This document shows positions 1 to 8,229 of a stretch of 16,129 nt of DNA, one piece after another. The stretch is from positions 1 through 16,129 of the forward strand of contig NW_021825308.1 of the NCBI RefSeq assembly GCF_006345805.1, given 5' to 3'. The stretch's first letter is position 1. Each line of letters opens with the position of its first letter. The notes below the pieces were generated by a model that saw only the letters and a program-made list of their open reading frames with translations, was not told the origin of the DNA and did not search any database. Source of the stretch: Octopus sinensis. Its lineage: Eukaryota. The translations under genes and the position numbers were made by a program.

Positions 1-625
1 TGTCTGCGGAAGAGATAACAAAAGACATTTGTTTAGCTTTGTCAAATCTGACGGAGTCGGCCAAAAATAAATGTAACGTTAGGCGCGCACGCGCACACAC
101 ACTCACACACACACACGCTCATCGAAACACATTAATGCAAACACCATATAAATCATCATAGAAACACATGCAATATATCTTTAAGCTTCGTAGACTTTCA
201 CTGAAAGGAAGGTGTACTCAATTCATTTTCTAGAGTATATTATTTATTAAGACGATATTGCTTTGCTATGCAACTCCTATATCGCAACATTTAGACGCCT
301 GAAAATGGCAAAGATGTGAGACTCGATCGCAAGAAATAAAATCCAATTCTTTTGTGTGCATTTGTGTTTGTATGAGTATGTGTGTGAGTCTATGTGTGTG
401 TGACAGAGAGGAAGAGAGAGAGGTAGACAGACATACAACTATTGCATAACACACACGGACATTTTTATTCTTATATACATATTCGTATATCGCCCACAAA
501 TTTCTAAACTAGGAGTGACTTTATCTCATTAGGAAGCTATTAATAAAGTTTATGTAAACACCTTTTCTACATCCTAAAATATCTGTCTTCTTCCTCCCTC
601 TCTCTCTCTATCTCCCATATAAATA

Positions 626-628
626 TAA

Positions 629-684
<56 letters not shown>

Positions 685-825
685 TATCATATTATATAAT
701 ATATATAGTATATATATATATATATATACATATATATATACATATATATGTATATACATATATATATGTGTGTATATATATATATGTATATATGTAATAT
801 ATTTGTATATATGTAAATATATATG

Positions 826-858
<33 letters not shown>

Positions 859-890
859 GTATATATACTATATATATATATATATACAAA
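626..890. repeat. (TA)n/(TATG)n compound microsatellite
   Basis: Directly visible dinucleotide repeats; these generate the YI-repeat ORFs. Confidence 0.95.
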
Positions 891-1000
891 ACCACACAGA
901 CATATGCATATATACTAAAGTATCTCTCGATGTCAATGTATACATATACATATTTACATTCACTGGCATCTCCCTTATATATATGTGTATATATATATAT

Positions 1001-1219
1001 TCTTTTATTCTTTTATTTGTTTCAGTCATTTGACTTCGGCCATGCTGGTGCACCGCCTTTAGTCGAGCAAATCGACCCCACGACTTATTTTTGTACGCCT
1101 AATACTTATTCTATAGGTTTCTTTTGCTGAACTGCTAGTTTACGTGGATGTAAACACACCAGCATCGGTTGTCAAGCGATGGTGGGGAGACAAACACAGG
1201 CACACAAACATACACACAC

Positions 1220-1304
<85 letters not shown>

Positions 1305-1472
1305 TACGACGGGCTTCTTTTCGTTTTATGGCTACCAAATCCACTTACAAGGCTATGGTCGGCCCGAGGCTATAGAAGAAGACACCTGTCCAAAGTGCCA
1401 CGCAATGGGACTGAACCTGGAACCATCTGGTTAGTCAGCAAGCCACTTACCACACATCCACTCCTGCGCCTA
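1001..1472 (-). mobile_element. tRNA-derived SINE, family B, with internal (TA)/(TG) microsatellite
   Basis: Minus strand starts taggcgcaggagtggatgtgtggtaag...ggttcagtccc (A/B-box-like) and ends ...gactgaaacaaataaaagaataaaaga. Colinear second copy at 15473-15920. Confidence 0.85.
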
Positions 1473-1666
1473 AAGATATATATACAAGAAATAGCTAAGG
1501 TTTTTGGGGCTGCTATTTCTAAGCTTCGGTATGTGGTATAGCAAATCTTTGCTGAACCCTAATTATAAAGTATTACTTAAGTTTACCGTGAAATGGTCCT
1601 TTTTCATACCGAATTCTACTTGTGAAATTATTGATTACTTCTTAAATAATTAATTTTACCCTTTGT

Positions 1667-1688
1667 TATATATATATATATATATATA

Positions 1689-1730
<42 letters not shown>
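1667..1730. repeat. (TA)n microsatellite
   Basis: Directly visible. Confidence 0.95.
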
Positions 1731-1731
<1 letters not shown>

Positions 1732-1734
<3 letters not shown>

Positions 1735-1906
1735 AGGTTTGGAGATGATGTACAGGTATTATATATTAGAAGAAATGAGGTACTCAGAAAATCGGATGGT
1801 TATATTTACAGATATTTATTTGCATATTACGTTTTTTATATATATCATATAGCTTAGATCATTAGCGCTTTCTCCCATTGTAGTGGGGTTTTCAAATCAA
1901 ACTAAC
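1732..1906 (-). mobile_element. Possible Penelope-like terminal fragment with degenerate hammerhead-like motif
   Basis: Minus strand ~1895-1863 reads TTGAAAA-CCCCAC-TACAA-TGGGA-GAAA-GCGCT-A; flanked by TA repeats. Confidence 0.35.
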
Positions 1907-1922
1907 TATATATATAACGGGA

Positions 1923-1984
1923 AGGTTTACGAAAATAAACAAAAGACGAAGGCAGGTTTACGAAAATAAACAAAAGACGAAGGC
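1923..1984 (+). repeat. Perfect 31-bp tandem duplication
   Basis: aggtttacgaaaataaacaaaagacgaaggc at 1923-1953 and 1954-1984. Confidence 0.95.
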
Positions 1985-2040
1985 AGGTGGAGTACAAACA
2001 ATTGTATTAGTATGGCGCTCAGGAATAGAAATAGAACAAG

Positions 2041-2078
2041 TCTTTTACATTTCGAGCCTACGCTCTTCGACAGAAAGA
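2041..2078 (-). ncRNA. Minimal type I hammerhead-like motif (variant core CUGUCGA)
   Basis: Minus strand: TCTTT-CTGTCGA-A-GAGC-gtag-GCTC-GAAA-TG-TA-AAAGA; stems I and II pair perfectly. Confidence 0.5.
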
Positions 2079-2526
2079 TACACAGAAAAGAAACAAGGAG
2101 AGAAAAAAATTGCGTGTAGGGGCTAACGATCCAATATATATCAACATGTGTGTTTATATAATCTGACCTGCTTTTATTTAAAAATTCTACTTATAAAATT
2201 ACTTTAAGGAATGATGCAAAAAAAACACATTAATGTTATATATTAGTTTTGGCCAATCCCATAACTCTGTCCTCGGTACCGAGCAGGCGCTTCTATACTG
2301 GAAGAAGACAACTGGAGGTTTGCACTTGCCTCCGGTTGCCAGGCCTCTCGTGTTTTTGTTGCGTATCCATTAGCAACTGTCGTCGGATTCCTAACTTTTG
2401 GGAAATTATTCTTTTAATTGCTTTTTTTCTTATTTCTTTTTTTTTCTCACCAAATTCTTATGTAGTCCCGCACTGTATCATCTTGTGCTGTTTTTGCCAA
2501 CATTTATGATTAATAAGGAAATCATT

Positions 2527-2680
2527 ATAATAATAAGAACAACAACAACAACAACAATAATAATAATAATAATAATGATAATAATAATAATAATAATAAT
2601 ATAATAATAATAATAATAATAAGAAGAAGAAGAAGAATCATTATTATTATCATTATTATTAACTATTATTATTATTATTA

Positions 2681-2730
<50 letters not shown>
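2527..2730. repeat. (AAT)n-(GAA)n-(ATT)n compound microsatellite with mutually inverted halves
   Basis: AAT/ACA run to ~2621, short GAA run, then ATT run ~2640-2730. Confidence 0.95.
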
Positions 2731-2905
2731 TGACTGTTTTTAGCATTCTGATTTCAAATTCCGCTGAGGTCGACTTTGCCTTTTATCCTTTCAGGATCGA
2801 TAAATTAATTACCAGTAAAACACTGGGAATCGATGTAATCGATTATACCCCTCCCCCAAATTTCAGGCCTTGTGCCTATAGTAGTAAGGATTATTATTAT
2901 TATTT
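2731..2905 (+). mobile_element. 5'-truncated tRNA-derived SINE, family A
   Basis: ttcaaattccgctgaggtcgactttgccttttatcctttcaggatcgataaattaattaccag core shared with several other copies in the window; ATT tail. Confidence 0.85.
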
Positions 2906-3324
2906 TAGTGCTATTCGTCTGAAATCTTTCGTCACACATTCTGTGACCTATTCAACAACTCACCATCTCATGTGTCTCCTGTTCTGCTTAGTCCATTCTC
3001 TTTAAAGAAGTGGGTGAGTGGGGGAAAAGGACCATTCCCCAAATGTAACAATACCTGTTTCAACACACGAATTCACATCAAGAATCTTACAAAACAAATA
3101 CATAAACCTATTAATATAAATTCATTTATTTCTTCATTTTTTTTTTATCTATTCTTTTATTTATTTATTTCAATGAGGGACAGTAATCCAATGCTTTATA
3201 GATCAATAAGGAAATTACACATCCAGAATTTGCTGAGGTTTTGAGTCAGTTTTGTCCTCCTCTTTGCCGTATTTCTATGACTGCACCGCGCTACTGTGGC
3301 TGTCACAAACTAATCTAAAATATA

Positions 3325-3622
3325 TGTTTCTTTACTACCCACAAGGAGCTACACACAGAGGGGACAAACAAGGACAGACAAACGAATTAAGTCGATTACA
3401 TCGACCCCAGTGCGTAACTGGTACTTAATTTATCGACCCCGAAAGGATGAAAGGCAAAGTCGACCTCGGCGGAATTTGAACTCACAACGTAGCGGCAGAC
3501 GAAATACGGCTACGCATTTCGCCCGGCGTGCTAACCATTCTGCCAGCTAGCCGCCTTTTAGAAGAAATGGTAAGCATTTTGTTTGATGAGCTAACAATTC
3601 GGCCAGCTGGCCTCCTTACAAT
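3325..3622 (-). mobile_element. Full-length family A SINE (to ~3556) preceded by an extra degenerate head (~3561-3617)
   Basis: Minus strand: aggcggctagctggcagaatggttagcacg...gagttcaaattccgccgaggtcgac; 15-bp direct repeat ctaatctaaaatata at 3310-3324 and 3623-3637. Confidence 0.85.
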
Positions 3623-3654
3623 CTAATCTAAAATATAAACCGTATAGGTAGCAA

Positions 3655-3900
3655 CATATGACTAATGAATGCCTTTATGGAGACTTGCGAGAAGATCAGG
3701 CAAAGAACCTGCGACTATGTGGTCACTGCGTACGCCACCCTGAACTGGAAGCATCCAAGTTAGTCTTGTGGAATCCACCCTCACGGTCATGTAAGAGAAG
3801 AAAACGGCGTCACATTTACATGGACAGCTTGATTGCGGACACTGGCCTGGAATGAGGCAGTGATGACGGGCTGTGAAGTGTGATCGGTTGACTCTGTTGC
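3655..3900 (+). pseudogene. Degenerate 3' fragment of an RTE-like LINE ORF
   Basis: ORF 3658-3855 (TNECLYGDL...LRLCGHCVRHPELEASKLVLW...YMDSLIADTGL) resembles the post-RT region of RTE-type ORFs; compare LRWAGHVSR...KQLFY in the 10961 ORF. Confidence 0.7.
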
Positions 3901-4123
3901 TGTGGCCCAGGTTGGAACCCGACCATAGTAATACCGATAAGGAAAACCTTCACTTTTAGGAATCCGTCAGGAGATGAAGACATGTCATCTTGGCCTCTTT
4001 TTGTGGTCCTTGAGATTGATGGGAGGACAAAAGTAAGTTATCCTTAATCCGAAAATCTAAATCGAATCTTTGCAAGACACCAGATTCAATAAAGGCACCG
4101 GAAGTCCAAGTACATGGTGCTAA

Positions 4124-4484
4124 GCCTTTTGATACCAACCCGCTCGGTTTTATGATACAAACTTCCAGTTTTAAAAGGATTTTAATTAAGACCTTCCACC
4201 AAAATATTATGTTAATTAATATTCCAGACAACAGCCTAATATGACATTTTACAGTATTCTCCATTGTTTTTTAAAATAGATAGGAACATAGTCAGCATTT
4301 ATCAATAGAAGTATGATAACAGAACATTCAAAGCGATCTAAAATTTAAATTTTCAACCAAAATTTCATGTTGATATATGTTCCAAATAACAGTTTATTAA
4401 TGACAAACTTAATTCTTCGTAATTAATTAAAAATTCATTGAGACAAAGACAGTGTATTTCAACCGAAATATAGTATCAAAAGGT
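4124..4484. mobile_element. Non-autonomous MITE with TTAA-type target (piggyBac-like)
   Basis: Perfect 11-bp inverted termini ccttttgatac (4125-4135) and gtatcaaaagg (4473-4483); flanked by ctaa (4120-4123) and ttaa (4485-4488). Confidence 0.6.
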
Positions 4485-4532
4485 TTAAAGTGATCTTTAT
4501 ATCAAAATATCATGGTAAACTTTGTTCCAAAT

Positions 4533-4742
4533 AAGGCAGAGAGCTAGAAGAATCGTTCATAGACCTGAAAGAATGATTAGCGACATTTTGTTCGTCTTTA
4601 CGTTCTGAAATTCCGCCGAGGTCGACTTTGCTTTTCACCTTTTCGGAGTTGATAAAATAAGTACCAGTTGCATACTGGGGTCGACGTAATCGACTTATCT
4701 CTTTCCCGAAATTTTGACCTTGTGCCAAAATTTATAATCAAT
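4533..4742 (+). mobile_element. Diverged full-length family A SINE
   Basis: Head gagctagaagaatcgtt, core ttccgccgaggtcgactttgcttttcacc...gataaaataagtaccag, tail ccttgtgccaaaattt. Confidence 0.85.
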
Positions 4743-4789
4743 TTATGTACTAAATATCAATTTAATAACGACAAATATATTTTACGGAA

Positions 4790-5093
4790 TTACGTAGATG
4801 TACTTGCATAGCGAGTGACTTGATCTGAGATCGTGTGCTGGAACGAAAACAATTGCAGCGTGGAAGGTGTTTTATAAGCCATTTAAGAAACACACAAAAT
4901 CCGTTAGATTCACTTCAACATTTAAATTTAATTTGTCAAAATATTTTCGTCGCTTTGAGACCGCGACCTGTTCACTGACAAAACTTGCGACGAAAATATT
5001 TTGGCAAATTAAATTTAAATGTTGAAGTGAATCTAACGGATTTTGTGTGTTTCTTAAATGGTTTATAAACACCTTCTACGCTGCAATTATTTT
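4790..5093 (-). mobile_element. Penelope-like fragment with ~108-bp inverted repeat
   Basis: Arms 4846-4953 and 4987-5093 (4 substitutions + 1 indel) with a 33-nt spacer; hammerhead-like fold at the inversion point. Confidence 0.6.
4932..4982 (-). ncRNA. Minimal type I hammerhead-like ribozyme with G3-C8 swapped core
   Basis: Minus strand: TTTGTCA-GTGAACA-G-GTCGC-ggtctcaaa-GCGAC-GAAA-ATATT-T-TGACAAA. Confidence 0.6.
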
Positions 5094-5289
5094 CCGGAAG
5101 TCTTTATTCAATTAAAAATGAAACGAAACAAATGCAGCGTATTTCAACAGAATATGGAAACACGAAGATTAAACCAGGTGACGTATTAAATCTGCCGACA
5201 AAATAGAGCAATGGCGTCTCCAATGGAACTTCCACGCAGCTTACTTCTACACGAGTAAATGGCTAAAATTATTTATCCAACTCACTCCA

Positions 5290-5350
5290 GAGTGGAATAG
5301 AACCTGAACACATATAGTTACGAAATGAACTGCTTATCCGCACAACCATG
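5290..5350 (-). mobile_element. Highly diverged family B-like SINE head
   Basis: gtggaatagaacctgaacac...cttatccgcacaaccatg loosely aligns with 1405-1461. Confidence 0.35.
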
Positions 5351-5574
5351 GAATGTATATTCCTTGTTTACAAAAAGTGTCGATAACTTGGCCGTATATT
5401 GGAGCATTTTATATGGTTCCAGCTGCGAAATCCGTCATCTTAGATTGCTTTGTAATAAAGTCATGTCTCATAGGAAGGTAATATTTTGTTGACATTTTGA
5501 GAAAAGTTATTCCTAAATATATATGAGTGCGTTAGGGATTCCTGTGAAACAAGACACACGTATGTAAACCTATA

Positions 5575-5593
5575 CAACATACACATATGTATG

Positions 5594-5665
<72 letters not shown>

Positions 5666-5801
5666 TAATATATATATATGTAGGTATGTAGGTATGTAGG
5701 TATGTATGTGTGTGTGTATGTATATATTTATACGTATATATATATATATATGTTTATACGTGTATGTATATAGATATATAGATATTCATTATATACGCAC
5801 A

Positions 5802-5843
<42 letters not shown>

Positions 5844-5966
5844 TAGACATACATATATACAAACATGTTTCAATTGATATATATAATTATGAATGCCTAC
5901 AGTATTTACATATGTATGTATGTATATATATATGCATTTATACAGCTTTATACAGTAGGTACGCAA

Positions 5967-6005
<39 letters not shown>

Positions 6006-6010
6006 CACAC
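5575..6010. repeat. (TA)n/(TATG)n/(TAGGTATG)n microsatellite cluster
   Basis: Directly visible. Confidence 0.9.
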
Positions 6011-6624
6011 GCATATATTTGTATCTGTTTATGAATGCGTTTAATATCCTCTTGAGTAGGGAATGATAGGGAAGGTGTCAGAGATCTAGCAAACCAGCAA
6101 ATATCTAAAGAGGCTTGAAAGATAATTAACGAAAGAAAGAAAGAATGAAAGAAAAAAGGAAAGGAAGAAAAGAAAGAAAGGAAGGAAGAGAACTGGCTGG
6201 TGAAATGCTGAGAAGCCTTACCCAGTTAATTAGGAAAGCATTCATTTTGGATTTAAAAGTTGTTAAAATTTTTATTGTTGTTACCATTTTATTTTCTATC
6301 AACAAGTACTTTCTGGAAACCCAGCACTTCTCGGTGCTTGTAAGAATATGAGTCAACAAAGGGAGCCTCTAAGTGATCATTAGACATGCTAGAAATAGAA
6401 GGTAAAACATGCTCAAATTGCACCCTGTCTTTAAAAATGAAATTGGACTTTAATGTTGAAATGCCCTGAAGTCCATTATACAAAGTAGAGTCAGAAAAAA
6501 GACAGGATGATCGTGGTTGGAAAGCCTTTGACCATACGTCTACTCGAAACAGGATCTCCGGGGCAAAAGCAATAAAGTAGATCGCATTTTCTTCTTGTCA
6601 GTTAGTACTATATCAGGTCTACAT

Positions 6625-6790
6625 CAAAATAACCTCGAAGCAAATTAAAATAATTTTGAAACAAATTAAAACACGAAGTAAATTTTAAAAAAGAACACAA
6701 GTTAATAAAAATAAAACTTAGACTTAAATTAATTTTGAAATAAACTAAAAGAGCCTCGGAACAAATTAAAGTAACTCAGAGCAAATTAAA
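6625..6790 (+). repeat. Degenerate ~21-bp minisatellite (aataacctcgaagcaaattaa-like)
   Basis: Recurring caaattaaa units; the 24 nt at 6625-6648 match 12556-12579 exactly in reverse complement. Confidence 0.55.
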
Positions 6791-6916
6791 GCAGTAGATT
6801 TTTAGATGAAAATCTTTAGACGTCCTCTTAAAAGTTTTTTTTTGTATAGTTTGAACTTTCAAGGTTTAGTTTTTAATCAGAATTCATTTCATCATTTGAT
6901 TCAAACTCAAAAATTA

Positions 6917-6980
6917 CACTAATCCCTCGCCGCCATATCGCGGTTCGGCTATCGGGGTTCATCTATCGCGGTTTATTATT
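6917..6980 (+). mobile_element. Possible Tigger/pogo-type terminal fragment
   Basis: TA followed by cactaatccctcgc...atatcgcggtt, with subterminal tatcg(c/g)ggtt repeated three times; no partner TIR seen. Confidence 0.4.
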
Positions 6981-7010
6981 TAAGCTTACGTCGATTCCTC
7001 CGTGGTGTTG

Positions 7011-7536
7011 TTTGTCCTGATACCATGTTCTAAGTTCAAATGCTGCCATGGTCGACTTTGCCTTTCATCCGTTTGGGATCGATAGAATAAAATATTCTTT
7101 TCTACTCCAGACACAAGGCTCGAAATTTTGGGGAAGGGGGCCAGTCGATTATATCGACTCCAGGACGCAACTGGCGCTTAATTTATCGACCCTGAAAGGA
7201 TGAAAGGCAAAGTCGACCTTGTCGGAATTTGAACTCAGAATGTAACGGCAGACGAAATACCTATTTCTTTACTACCCACAAGGGGCTCGATCCCAGTGCG
7301 TAACTGGTACTTATTTAATCGACCCCGAAAGGATGAAAGGCAAAGTCGATCTCGGCAGAATTTGAACTCAGAACGTAACGGTAAACGAAATACGGCTACG
7401 CATTTTGCTCGGCGCGCTAACGCTTCTGTCAGCTCGCAGCCTTGGGAGACTAAAATATTAATCAAATAGTGACTTCGAATGTACCAGCTTACCCTCCTCC
7501 ACTAAGATTACTGGCCTTGTTGAAAGAATTATTATT
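7011..7536 (+). mobile_element. Old family A SINE split by an opposite-strand SINE dimer
   Basis: 5' part 7011-7096 (gttcaaatgctgccatggtcgactttgcctttcatcc) and 3' part 7451-7536; taaaatatt duplicated at 7088-7096 and 7451-7459. Confidence 0.65.
7097..7442 (-). mobile_element. Dimeric family A SINE (headed monomer plus headless monomer)
   Basis: Two tandem copies of gaaaggatgaaaggcaaagtcga...gaatttgaactcagaa; junction near 7262; only the distal unit has the A-box head. Confidence 0.85.
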
Positions 7537-7546
7537 TCCGACTCTT

Positions 7547-7624
7547 AAGGAGGCGAGCTGGCCGAACCGTTAAGACGCAGGGCACAATGCTTAGCGGCAT
7601 TTCGCTCGTCCTTACGTTCTTAGT
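7547..7624 (+). mobile_element. 5' half of family A SINE interrupted by the RTE
   Basis: aggaggcgagctggccgaaccgttaagacg...atgcttagcggcatttcg...ttacgttcttagt; continues at 11609. Confidence 0.85.
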
Positions 7625-7657
7625 GTGTGTCAGGTCTCCGCTTGGAGCTACTGGTAA

Positions 7658-7710
7658 CATGTAACCCAGTACAACCTGTTACATGGTCGGGTCGTTGGCG
7701 ACTAAACTGG
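7658..7710 (+). ncRNA. Candidate HDV-like ribozyme fold at the RTE 5' end
   Basis: P1 (c)atgta/tacat(g), P2 ccagt 7666-7670 with actgg 7706-7710, P3 aca/tgt, GG at 7685-7686, P4 tcg/cga, J4/2 CTAA at 7702-7705. L3 is atypically short. Confidence 0.4.
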
Positions 7711-8229
7711 CAACCCCACCAAGATTTCTTGGTGAGGAGGGTGATTTGGACACCCAGCAGGACTAAAAACAAAACCTGTCAAAGGGCAGAGGAACTCTCT
7801 CATGAGTCAATGGCCATCCAAAATCCGGAGTGGAGCCCCTAAGGCGGTTGGATTGCGCCATGCGTGCCACCTTCCGGCAGCTCCTGCATCTTGGTCTACC
7901 CCCAGTCGTCTTGACTTTGTCTTGCCACTGGATCCGGCGCACCAGGACGAGAGAGTGAGGCTGATCCTGCGCAAGTCACCCTCACTATAATCCAAGTCAC
8001 GCGCATGTCACGACATCATGACGCCATGACACCATCCCAAAGTCCTGTGGCGATGGGGAAACGGCGAAGTAGCAGGTGAGGATACACTGGGAGCTGCAGT
8101 CGTGAACCCACACACAGGCGGCTCAGGACATGTGGTCGCCCCTCACTGAACTGAGGCAGCAGTGGAGTCCGGCAGCCTCCTGAGTGACCGAGCAGCCCTC
8201 TTCAGGATCGCTCTGCTCGCCTCCCCAGC

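Larger units (their letters stand above)
1915..2132 (-). mobile_element. Penelope-like terminal-repeat fragment
   Basis: Short repeat-like segment between TA runs containing a hammerhead-like fold at 2041-2078. Confidence 0.5.

Noticed and set aside
574-1541. YI-, HT- and CV-repeat ORFs (likewise 2398-2684, 5754-6034, 14997-16077)
   Set aside because: Stop-free translations of microsatellites and SINEs.
1923-1984. CRISPR-like direct repeats
   Set aside because: Two adjacent copies, no spacers, no cas genes, eukaryotic context.
6360-6575. Possible additional repeat related to 14760-14835 on the minus strand
   Set aside because: Only weak similarity (caggatg.tc/t..ggtt.ga.ag.ctttg); boundaries and class cannot be supported.
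7627-7995. Separate ORF1 in the RTE 5' region
   Set aside because: Short ORFs of 62-71 aa with no domain signature; RTE elements typically have a single ORF.
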